47,462 nucleotides of DNA, from the IMG/VR virus record IMGVR_UViG_3300020109_000007, positions 1-47,462 of that record; one strand, given 5' to 3'. Shown piece after piece: positions 37,106-45,475 of the stretch. This DNA comes from a virus. Lineage: Duplodnaviria; Heunggongvirae; Uroviricota; Caudoviricetes. The notes under the pieces are model-generated. The model ran no database searches, was not told the origin of the DNA, and saw only the letters and a list, made by a program, of their open reading frames with translations. The translations under genes were made by a program, and so were the position numbers. Every line of letters starts with the position of its first letter. Positions within the stretch are counted from its first letter, which is position 1.

Positions 37106-38908
37106 TCATTCACGTTCAATCCTAGATACATTGTCCTCCTTCACAATTTCTAGCTTAGCTAGCAGTGGGTGTTGCCATCCGTGACTTACGATAAATGTAT
37201 TTAGATCCTCCTTCAGAAGTACCTCTACAAGCTTTTCCTTACCCGGATCATCTAGAACGCTGACGACCTCGTCCAGAAACAATACGTTGATCTTAGACTT
37301 GGAGATAGAGTTCATCAGTTTGCGCAAAGCCAACAACGTAGACGTGTTAACTCGCGCCAACTCTCCAGAAGATAAAGCTTGAATCTCAACCTGACGACCT
37401 TCATCAGTAATAATGACATTCAGCTTGTCACTATCCACAGAGAACTCGATAGTGAACTTACCATCAGATAATTCAGCCAGATACTCGTTAGCAAGCTCCT
37501 CTAACTCCTTTACCTGGTTCTCAATCTTATAGGCAATAAGACCACTAGTGCTAAAAGACTTCTTCAACAACTCCAACGTCGCTAGGTTTTTCTTCTCAGT
37601 CTCTAGCTGCTCAGAGTAAGTCTCCAACTCCTTTTGAAACTGCTCCGACTGCTCTAACACAACAGAAATCTTACTGTTGTGTTTAGCAGCAATCTGGTTC
37701 TGCGCCATTACGGCTCTCAGCTTTTCTTTAGTATTAGACACTTTAAGACCGAGGTTGGTCAGCTCTCCTTCTAGGTCATCTTTCGTAATCGGCTCGCTAG
37801 GCAGAGAGTTGTTGATGGAAGCGTAAAGTTCCTCCCACTCTTTAATCTTCTCCTTCTTATGCAAATAGCGAGTATTGTTAGCTTTAATACTCTCAATAGC
37901 AGCCTTAATATCTGCGATCTTTGCATCAAGCTGAACTACTTCAGCCTTCTCATCCGCTACTAAGCCCGTTTTAAACTCAGGAGTTACAGTCTGTTCACAG
38001 GTAGGACAGGTATCTCCTAGCCCCTCAATCTTCTTAATGTACGCAAGTTTTCTAGTACGCTCTGATGTAAGACCTCCTAGCTCAGATTGCTCATCGTCGT
38101 AAGACTTAGTAGGTTCTACTTGAATAGCTTGAATCTCCTCAATATTTATCTTTTTGAGAAGTTCCTTATACTTGCAGTTATTGGCAATCGCTCGGTTAGT
38201 CTTGTCAATGTTAGCGATCTCTAACGAGATTCGAGCAATTTCTCTTTCTTCTTCGTAAGTCTCATACCCATCTGTGTCTAGAACTTCCATTTCCTCTATA
38301 GATGAAAGTTTATTCTGATTTAGCCACTGGTCTACGGTCTCGACCTTACCCTGAATCTTAGCTACGTTGTTAGCATGTTCTTTTACTGTATCTTTAAATA
38401 GCTCGAAGAAAGCTACATACTCATCCAGCTTTAAAAGATCAATTAGAAATCGTTTCCTATTTGTATCTGTAGCTACCAGGAACTGCAAGCTACTGTTAGT
38501 GTTCTGGTATACAAGTTGAGAAAACATCTTGAAGTCAATCTCCATAATGTCTTCTATTTGCTTAAAAGTAGCAGTGGCGGTGTGACTAGAAATATCTTCT
38601 TCGTTCTTAAATAGCTTAATTTTGATACTAGACTTTCGATCTAGTCTTACTAGATAGTCGTCTTCGTCCTTGCCAAAAGAAAGCTCTAGCCAGTATCCAC
38701 TATCAGTATGCCGATTAGGAATATCAGCCTTTTTGATTCCCTTAGAATTCTTATTGTATAGAGCCTCCTCTAGAATAAGAGCAATAGAAGATTTTCCATT
38801 GCCATTGACTCCGAGAATCTGAGTTAGCGTATCTTGTGTAAAGTCTATCTCGTTATTATCGCCGTAACTAAATAAGTTACCCCACTTTAGCTTTTTTAGA
38901 GTAATCAT
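37106..38908 (-). CDS. SbcC/Rad50-like recombination ATPase (T5 D13-like)
   Basis: Walker A GVNGNGKSS, coiled coil with CPTC hook, signature LSSGE, Walker B LFLDE, VSH. Confidence 0.93.
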   Translation of the reverse strand: MITLKKLKWGNLFSYGDNNEIDFTQDTLTQILGVNGNGKSSIALILEEALYNKNSKGIKKADIPNRHTDSGYWLELSFGKDEDDYLVRLDRKSSIKIKLFKNEEDISSHTATATFKQIEDIMEIDFKMFSQLVYQNTNSSLQFLVATDTNRKRFLIDLLKLDEYVAFFELFKDTVKEHANNVAKIQGKVETVDQWLNQNKLSSIEEMEVLDTDGYETYEEEREIARISLEIANIDKTNRAIANNCKYKELLKKINIEEIQAIQVEPTKSYDDEQSELGGLTSERTRKLAYIKKIEGLGDTCPTCEQTVTPEFKTGLVADEKAEVVQLDAKIADIKAAIESIKANNTRYLHKKEKIKEWEELYASINNSLPSEPITKDDLEGELTNLGLKVSNTKEKLRAVMAQNQIAAKHNSKISVVLEQSEQFQKELETYSEQLETEKKNLATLELLKKSFSTSGLIAYKIENQVKELEELANEYLAELSDGKFTIEFSVDSDKLNVIITDEGRQVEIQALSSGELARVNTSTLLALRKLMNSISKSKINVLFLDEVVSVLDDPGKEKLVEVLLKEDLNTFIVSHGWQHPLLAKLEIVKEDNVSRIERE

Positions 38909-39842
38909 TAAATACTCTCACTCCTTCTTTAATCTGAGCCTCGGGTAAATCTAACACGTACATCCAGTACTCTATTAGCTCCTCCTCTATACTCATCCCA
39001 TTCTTTAGCACTAGAGATACGTCTGAACTTCGCTTTACGATCTTCTTATCAAGCAGATCGGAGTTCTTAACTCCGCTAAGATCAACTACGCTACCCTCTA
39101 ACTCATATACGGTATGATCCGGAAAAGTAGGTACCATCTCGCTAGGGTCACTTACGGTTTTACGAATAAGTTGTGGTAGATCAAACTTATGCCAAGTCCA
39201 CTTAGTAAGATCTGCTTCGTCAATAAGAATGTATCCGGTATCCACTTTATGACGATGAAAGCTAGTAACCATGGGCGACCCTGGGTATACAAGGTTACGT
39301 TGGCAGTTGCTGTGGCTATGCAGATCCCCTAGAAATACAATGGGGAAATCTGCAATAAGGTTAAGATCAATCTCCGGCTTTACGTGCGGCTCAATCTCAC
39401 CTCTAATGTGGCTAAAGAGTGCCTTGGATTTATCCAATTCATCCCAGACACCCTTCTTATGAATAAACTCATAAGGCACGATAGTAAAGCTATCTTCTTC
39501 GTATATCTCATCAATAACAGTGACGAGCGGATTAATCGCATTTGTAGCGGTTTTTAAAGCTGTAAAAAAGCTTTTACCTTTTTTAGTTGCTTCATGATTG
39601 CCGGTTGTAATTAAAACTCTAGTTTTAGCTTCTCTAACATAGTCAAAATATACCTCTAGTTCATCCATGTTAGGTAGTTTATCAAATACATCTCCTGCAA
39701 TTATATGCAGGCTGCATAAACTTTCTACGGCGTGTAATTGTTCGAAAAATTGTTTATATCTGCTCTTTGCCCACTCAGGCGGAACGCTTTTCTGGCCTAT
39801 CTTAATATGCCAGTCTGCAGTCAGTAGAATACGGTTATTCAT
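38877..39842 (-). CDS. SbcD/Mre11-like metallophosphoesterase nuclease (T5 D12-like)
   Basis: TADWHI, AGDVFD, TGNHE, FSHI, GDLHS, YPGSP. Confidence 0.93.
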   Translation of the reverse strand: MNNRILLTADWHIKIGQKSVPPEWAKSRYKQFFEQLHAVESLCSLHIIAGDVFDKLPNMDELEVYFDYVREAKTRVLITTGNHEATKKGKSFFTALKTATNAINPLVTVIDEIYEEDSFTIVPYEFIHKKGVWDELDKSKALFSHIRGEIEPHVKPEIDLNLIADFPIVFLGDLHSHSNCQRNLVYPGSPMVTSFHRHKVDTGYILIDEADLTKWTWHKFDLPQLIRKTVSDPSEMVPTFPDHTVYELEGSVVDLSGVKNSDLLDKKIVKRSSDVSLVLKNGMSIEEELIEYWMYVLDLPEAQIKEGVRVFNDYSKKAKVG

Positions 39843-40444
39843 TTTAAACAGTACTTCCTTATTGTAGCAGGACTTCTGTTGTATCTGTCTGCTATCTCTT
39901 GGTAAGTTAAGCCCTCTAGCCTAGCTTTCTTGAACAAAAGCTCATCTTGTTCAGTAACCGCCCTAGGCTTACGAATTTGACTTCTGGGGCCGCCCACATG
40001 TTTCCAGCTTTTACCCACTACTATAGCAGATATATTTTCTCTGCTAACTCCGTACAATTTAGCTAATTCACCCTGCGGTACTTTATTGTAGCAGAATGCT
40101 GTTCTGATCTCTAGAACGATTTCCTCTGTGAGTATTGCCTGCGAATTTTTCTCACCTAAACGAACAGATATGCCACCTTGGCTGCCTCCCTTATCCAAAT
40201 TGTACCCAAAAGGAGCAATAGAGTTGTAGTCTTTAATAAAATCCGGCTCTAATAAGTACAAGGATCTTACATCATCATTTTCTAGTAATATAGACGAAGT
40301 AAAGGAGGCTCCTATTAAAAGAGCCTCCTTCACAAGACGACTGCCATTACCAGACAAATGAGAAGTTATTCTATGTTTAGGATTTGTACTAACTCCAACA
40401 TAGTGTAAATTCTTATCGCAAGTTAACAGATAAATAGCTGCCAT
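39839..40444 (-). CDS. Free-standing GIY-YIG homing endonuclease
   Basis: AIYLL..HYVGVSTNPKHRITSH, LEPDFI, GYNLDKGG; C-terminal GEKNSQAILTEE..LAKLYGVSRENISAIVVGKSWKHV. Confidence 0.88.
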   Translation of the reverse strand: MAAIYLLTCDKNLHYVGVSTNPKHRITSHLSGNGSRLVKEALLIGASFTSSILLENDDVRSLYLLEPDFIKDYNSIAPFGYNLDKGGSQGGISVRLGEKNSQAILTEEIVLEIRTAFCYNKVPQGELAKLYGVSRENISAIVVGKSWKHVGGPRSQIRKPRAVTEQDELLFKKARLEGLTYQEIADRYNRSPATIRKYCLK

Positions 40445-40458
40445 TTATTCCTTTGCAA

Positions 40459-41100
40459 TTACTTAACGTCAAACTCTTCCCCGACTTCCTCATCAACGGA
40501 TTCTTCTGCTCCGTTCTTAATCTTCTCCAGCAGCTCCTTCTGTTGCTCAGGAGTAGGACGTGGAAGCCACTCTTCAATAGTCTTAGCGTTAGCAATCGTT
40601 TCTCGCTCCTCATCGGTTAGAGGACGCTGCTTAAGCTTTCTCTGAAGAAGTTCGTATGCTACGTTCATTGGATTTGGTCCCGTCTTCTTCTTTTCGAAGA
40701 CAATGTCCCAACCCGTATCAGGATCAGTAGGATCCCCAAGCTCAGGGTCCTTAGCTAGGGACATAATGGACTCGGTTAGCTTCTTCTTTAGGTTCCAGAC
40801 CTTAGCCTCACCGTCAGCAGGGTCGATAACCATAATTGCATAAGCCCACCCACACTTAGCATCTGGATAAAATTCCTTTACCCAATCCTTTTCGCCTGTA
40901 CCACCGAACTTTTCCGTCTCTCGGTTATACTCCAGGCACTCAAAAGGAATTGGCTTACCATTAGTTCCCTTAATCCAGTACACATAACGAGCAAGCAGTT
41001 CGCCGTACATACGAGCCTTATTCTCGCCCGTCTTAACTTCAAAGGAAGGTGCCTTGTTCTTCTGTGCGGAACCTACTGCCTGACCAAACTTCAATGCCAT
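40459..41100 (-). CDS. Single-stranded DNA-binding protein (T5 D11-like)
   Basis: LARYVYWIKG, IPFECL, LGDPTDPDTGWDIVFEKKKTGP, acidic C-terminal tail EESVDEEVGEEFDVK. Confidence 0.82.
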   Translation of the reverse strand: MALKFGQAVGSAQKNKAPSFEVKTGENKARMYGELLARYVYWIKGTNGKPIPFECLEYNRETEKFGGTGEKDWVKEFYPDAKCGWAYAIMVIDPADGEAKVWNLKKKLTESIMSLAKDPELGDPTDPDTGWDIVFEKKKTGPNPMNVAYELLQRKLKQRPLTDEERETIANAKTIEEWLPRPTPEQQKELLEKIKNGAEESVDEEVGEEFDVK

Positions 41101-41501
41101 ATCTTATTTCTCCTATTAATGTCTTCTTCATAGTAGAAATATATCTTCTGATCTACTAATTTAAGAAGTCTATTTTGATTGATAGTGTCCTCACTCACAT
41201 TACAGTGAAAGAGGTCTAGAGTCTTATCTCCAGTTAGCGCGTATAAGGCGTAGCTTCTTAAACTAGCTAGGCCTAAGTATTGAGCTATCTCCTTTACTTT
41301 CCACCTAAATGAATTATTTATTAGTTCATGTGGATTTCTGAGAAAGCTCTCTCCGCTGAAATCTTTTTGCTTCAGCGAGTATTCAGGGTCTCGTATACTT
41401 GTGGCTATGTTAGTAGTAGCATGTGCCTTGAAAGCCAGAAATATTCTACGTGAAGAATTTCCTGCCCATCGCCGTATCTTCGGCCAGCTGAAGAACAACA
41501 A
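41091..41501 (-). CDS. Hypothetical protein of the T5-like helicase-SSB interval
   Basis: AGGAG 8 nt upstream of TTG; EIAQYLGLASLRSY..LDL motif; synteny. Confidence 0.65.
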   Translation of the reverse strand: MLFFSWPKIRRWAGNSSRRIFLAFKAHATTNIATSIRDPEYSLKQKDFSGESFLRNPHELINNSFRWKVKEIAQYLGLASLRSYALYALTGDKTLDLFHCNVSEDTINQNRLLKLVDQKIYFYYEEDINRRNKIWH

Positions 41502-41529
41502 GTATACTACTCCTAAACCAATTTGTCAA
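41501..41529 (-). promoter_or_regulatory. Sigma70-type promoter
   Basis: Minus strand TAAAATAGTTC-TTGACA-17 nt-TATACT. Confidence 0.75.
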
Positions 41530-41537
41530 GAACTATT

Positions 41538-42803
41538 TTATATGTACTCGATTTCAAATCCATGCTTCATATAAAAGCCAACTCGATTGTTAAACTGCCG
41601 CTCTGTAGTGGCGCCTCGTAATATGGGATCTACTACAATTGGCTGAGGCTTATCTGGGTGCAGCCGCTCGATTCTTCCTATCAACTGCTCTAATAGAGGG
41701 TCGTTATTAATAGGTGTAGCCATAATTAGACAGCTTAAAGGATTATATGAAATACCCTCTTTAAAGATAGCAGTGGTTGCACTCATAGAAAGAGTTTCAC
41801 CTCGATCCATCTTAGCAAATTCGCCTTTACGATCTTTAGTTGCTCCTACAATTAGAGAGGTATTATTGCGCTTAGATAACTCTTCTAGAAACTCTACTCG
41901 ATCACATACTAGTAGAACTCTATGACCCTTGCGCTCGTAATGGCTTATTAAGTTGGAAATTAAATCCTTATATAAGTGAGAGTCGCACAGTTGCGTGACC
42001 TGATTCGCCCAGCCGCCACTGTAAGGAAAAGTTATGCCAGTATTCACTGCGTGAACAATAGGGCGCATACTATTTTCTTTTGGAGGCTTGTATACCTTAG
42101 TTCCGAAATAGTCAGGAATTACTACATGCTTACCGTCTCGTCTCTCCAGAGTTCCCGACAGCCCGATCTTATATCGAGCAAATGAACGATCTACAATCTT
42201 AGTAAAAGTGTTGCTAGGTGTATGATGGCACTCATCAACTAATATTGTACCAAACTCTTTACCCAATCCATCCATGCGCGTGTAAAGACTCGCGACATTT
42301 CCTATGGTGATCGGCGCAGAGTAATCACATTTTCCTCCTCCAATTGTTCCTGGAGTAAAGTCGTAACTCTTCTCAACTTCTTCTACCCATTGGTGCATTA
42401 GAGGTAGAGTGTGCACTACAACTAGAGTTTTTAGTCCGAATTTGCCTGAAATAGCGCAACCCGTAAAGGTCTTACCCCAAGAAGGTTTCGCGTTTATGAG
42501 CGCATTATCTTCTATATCATCAAAGATAGCCTGTTGCGACTCTCTTAGATCAAACTTAAAAGCTGGAAAAGTCTCCTCAGGCTTACAACGTTTGTCTACT
42601 ACTTCATAGTCTTCTGGTATGAGGTCAGTTCTACCGATGGGTAGACTTAAAATATCCTTTCGAAAGGTAGTAGAGAGATTTCGTATAATAAGAGGCGGCC
42701 CATCTCCATAAGTAGGAATCTTATAAGTTAAAGCCTCCCTAAGCTCTTTTTCGAGCTTAGGGGTTGCTTCTATAAATATTCTATTACTGAGTACCGCTTT
42801 CAT
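41538..42803 (-). CDS. Superfamily 2 helicase (T5 D10-like)
   Basis: KPSWGKT, LVDECHH, GLSGT, EGIS, QLIGRIER. Confidence 0.9.
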   Translation of the reverse strand: MKAVLSNRIFIEATPKLEKELREALTYKIPTYGDGPPLIIRNLSTTFRKDILSLPIGRTDLIPEDYEVVDKRCKPEETFPAFKFDLRESQQAIFDDIEDNALINAKPSWGKTFTGCAISGKFGLKTLVVVHTLPLMHQWVEEVEKSYDFTPGTIGGGKCDYSAPITIGNVASLYTRMDGLGKEFGTILVDECHHTPSNTFTKIVDRSFARYKIGLSGTLERRDGKHVVIPDYFGTKVYKPPKENSMRPIVHAVNTGITFPYSGGWANQVTQLCDSHLYKDLISNLISHYERKGHRVLLVCDRVEFLEELSKRNNTSLIVGATKDRKGEFAKMDRGETLSMSATTAIFKEGISYNPLSCLIMATPINNDPLLEQLIGRIERLHPDKPQPIVVDPILRGATTERQFNNRVGFYMKHGFEIEYI

Positions 42804-43467
42804 TATTCTTATACTTAGCTGTTAAATAACTTTTTACGAGAGGGCCTCTTACTACGTCCTTGATCTTGAACTCGAAGAAGTTAAACTCATTCATATTCTT
42901 AAGAATATCATAAAAAGGACCTAGACCGGACTTTTCATTTCCCAGGTCTCCATTTTGGAACATATCACCACAGAAATAAATCTTGCAATTATCGCCCACT
43001 CTAGTAATAATGGAGTCTAGCTCGTGCATATTCATATTTTGACATTCGTCAACGATTACTACACAGTCCTTAAGAGTGCTACCTCTAATAAAGGAAGTAG
43101 TCATAAAGCGAATAATACCTTTTAGCTTCAGCTGGTCATAAGCATCGTTTCTATTGAATAGATCCGCCGCAATTTCTTTATAAGGTGCTTCATATACTTC
43201 TGCCTTCTCTTTGTCTGTTCCAGGAAGAAATCCCATGTTACGAGTAGGTACTGCACTTCGTATATAGACTAAAGAGCTATATCGGTCTTTAATCATTATA
43301 TCTTCTAATGCCTTATAAGTCGCTAGAAAAGTTTTTCCGGTGCCTGCGGAACCATGAGCAATCAAATTTCCCGAACACTCCAGCATCTCTGCCTGCGTAT
43401 CTGTAAGAGCCTCAACTCTAACAAGGTTCATAGAAACTTTATTCGCTACTCTTCTTCTCTTTGTCAT
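42784..43467 (-). CDS. phoH: PhoH-family ATPase
   Basis: GSAGTGKT, GFLPG, FIRGSTL, IVDECQN, TRVG, CGDMFQ, DVVRGPLV. Confidence 0.92.
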   Translation of the reverse strand: MTKRRRVANKVSMNLVRVEALTDTQAEMLECSGNLIAHGSAGTGKTFLATYKALEDIMIKDRYSSLVYIRSAVPTRNMGFLPGTDKEKAEVYEAPYKEIAADLFNRNDAYDQLKLKGIIRFMTTSFIRGSTLKDCVVIVDECQNMNMHELDSIITRVGDNCKIYFCGDMFQNGDLGNEKSGLGPFYDILKNMNEFNFFEFKIKDVVRGPLVKSYLTAKYKNNESGTQ

Positions 43468-43476
43468 TTAACTCCA

Positions 43477-43971
43477 TTACACTTTTCTGTAAGTGTCCTT
43501 TGTGGGGTGACTTACGTAATCATAGAGCAACCAGGGGTGCCTTCCTTGATGAAGGACTCTAGCGTAAGCCGCTAGCTCTCCGGGAGGTCTAGGTATAGTT
43601 ATAGGAAAAGAAACACCATGAAGCCACAATAAAGAAGCTTCACCCTTATGTTGCACTGATTTTATCTTATAGCATTTTAACTTACTGCTATAAGTTTTCT
43701 CATAGATTAAGGGCGTGCCTTTAGAATCTATAAAAAATTTGTGGCGATTATTTACCATCTCTGAAGGGTGGAACACAGCTTTCTTCAAAGGTTGCAGGTC
43801 TGATCTACCGCACTGTATTCGACGTATGCCTAGAGTTTCCCCCGGCATATTCCTTTCGTCTAGTACTTTATCGTCTAGGAAAAGTACTCCGTCCGTGCTA
43901 AACCAATTATCATTGGGTAGCACGAACAGAGGGTAGTTAAGCCGCAATAAGCTCTTGTACGTTATCGTCAT
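43477..43971 (-). CDS. Conserved T5-like protein downstream of the DNA polymerase (start reassigned to ATG 43971)
   Basis: MTITYKSL...VLDERNMPGETLGIRRIQ...FIDSKG; the longer track start overlaps polymerase exon 2 too extensively. Confidence 0.65.
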   Translation of the reverse strand: MTITYKSLLRLNYPLFVLPNDNWFSTDGVLFLDDKVLDERNMPGETLGIRRIQCGRSDLQPLKKAVFHPSEMVNNRHKFFIDSKGTPLIYEKTYSSKLKCYKIKSVQHKGEASLLWLHGVSFPITIPRPPGELAAYARVLHQGRHPWLLYDYVSHPTKDTYRKV

Positions 43972-44552
43972 GAGATGAGTTCCAATAATCCTCATACTGT
44001 TCGTACTTGGTTTTTGGATTATCGTTGTCATTACCAAATGAGTAATCAGGACCAACTTCAAAGTCGCATCCGATAGGAGACCCTGGAATAGATACACCCC
44101 TATCAGCCTGAATGAAGCCTCTTAGAATTTCTCCATACTCGTCGGCTAGATCTTCCCTGACTTCTGCAAGAATAGAGTCGTGCACCAGAGCGAAGATGCG
44201 AGCATCAAAGGCTGGATTTGCATTAAGCCAATTCTGCATATCAATAGCAGCTAGCAAGTTAATATCGCTCGCAACAGACTGTACTAGAAAGTTAATTCCA
44301 GAACGCTGCGTGTGTCCCGCGATGCCTCTATCACTAGAAAATACGTTAGGAAGCCTGCGCTTTCTGCCGAAGTGGCTGTAAACATAGCCCTTCTCTCCGA
44401 TGAACTCTTTGTTGGAGTCAATCCAATTACGTAGAGATTTAAACTTCTTAAAGTACTCGTCAATATATTCCTGTGCCTGTTCCTTGTTGCAGTTCACTCC
44501 CGAATCTTTTGTAATCTGCCAAGCAATCTTAGCTGGTCCTGCCTGATACATA
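43937..44552 (-). CDS. polA: DNA polymerase (family A), exon 2
   Basis: (I)MYQAGPAKIA continues motif B; GRKRRLP, INFLVQSVASD, motif C LVHDSI. Confidence 0.93.
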
Positions 44553-44592
44553 CTGTTATTCCATAGTTTTCACTATGGCATGGACTATACCT

Positions 44593-45255
44593 TCATCTAG
44601 TTTTTATACCTCTATTCAAAATATCTAAATAGTAATTGTACTTTCTGCTCAACCTAAGATTCTCTGTAGAATTTGAGTATATGTTACTTAGAAACCTACG
44701 AGAAGAGTTAGTACAATATTTAATAACCTTAACTTTAGCTTTGGTTTGAACAGTCCCATTTAGCTCTAATAACGGATATAGTTCGTCTATTAAAGTATAA
44801 CTACCTACTATAGTGGTATATAAGGTTGCTGTCTTACTGTTTTTATTACTAAAGCTTTCACATATACAACCGTCACCATCAAAGTACCCCCGTACAAAAT
44901 TCCAAAAGAATTTGTCCGGAATAATAGGTAGCTCGTAAGTTTCAGTCTTTCTTTCTGTGATATTAAAGTTATATAGTAAATCTTTATTAATTTGCTTATT
45001 TACGAATGCAGTCTGTGCCCTGTCGTATTTATCAGTATTTACAGATATTTTATGGTTAGATCCTACAAAGGATTGGAACTTCTGTATATGATCTAAGTCT
45101 TGACTATGTAAGCAAATATATAAGGATCCATTAGATATACAACCATCTGCTGCTAAAAATCCTGCCCAGTAGCAAGACTTCTCCGTATACTCAGAGAAGC
45201 AGTAGGGGTTTAATATTCTGGGTTTTTCTAGATGCTCGCCTTTTATAACTTTCAT
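44593..45255 (-). CDS. Intron-encoded two-motif LAGLIDADG homing endonuclease
   Basis: YWAGFLAADGCI and FVRGYFDGDGCI about 100 aa apart; C-terminal LRLSRK; lies between the R and S elements. Confidence 0.88.
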   Translation of the reverse strand: MKVIKGEHLEKPRILNPYCFSEYTEKSCYWAGFLAADGCISNGSLYICLHSQDLDHIQKFQSFVGSNHKISVNTDKYDRAQTAFVNKQINKDLLYNFNITERKTETYELPIIPDKFFWNFVRGYFDGDGCICESFSNKNSKTATLYTTIVGSYTLIDELYPLLELNGTVQTKAKVKVIKYCTNSSRRFLSNIYSNSTENLRLSRKYNYYLDILNRGIKTR

Positions 45256-45261
45256 TTTGTA

Positions 45262-45290
45262 ATTCTAAAGAATTTATACCAAAATGTCAA
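45262..45290 (-). promoter_or_regulatory. Intron-internal sigma70-type promoter for the endonuclease
   Basis: AAATTTTAATC-TTGACA-17 nt-TAGAAT-6 nt-ATG. Confidence 0.75.
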
Positions 45291-45475
45291 GATTAAAATT
45301 TCTTGAAGGTTATCCCAGCAACTTCTGTTCTAGAAGTTCTGTAAGTCTCTGAACCATTGCATAGCTTTCCAGCTATGTCTGGCTGCTGATTGCCATCGCC
45401 ATCACGCGTTAAGGTTTCCAGCAATTGAGCGAGTTTATTACTCTTAAGTTACCTTAAGAGAGCACTATGTTATTA

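Larger units (their letters stand above)
44553..45475 (-). ncRNA. Group I self-splicing intron (923 nt) in DNA polymerase motif B
   Basis: Minus-strand P AATTGCTGGAAA (45415-45426), Q AATCAGCAG (45383-45391), R TCAGAGACTTAC (45341-45352), S AAGGTATAGTCC (44582-44593); GNRA-capped hairpins; P1 with U-G wobble; P10; terminal G at 44553. Confidence 0.93.

Noticed and set aside
43972-44097. N-terminal extension of the 206-aa ORF given in the track
   Set aside because: It overlaps polymerase exon 2 extensively; ATG 43971 gives a more plausible start.
44544-44553. Alternative 3' splice site after ...AGUAUG (G at 44549)
   Set aside because: It would delete the residue before the motif B Tyr and lose the ACAUA/UAUGU P10 pairing.
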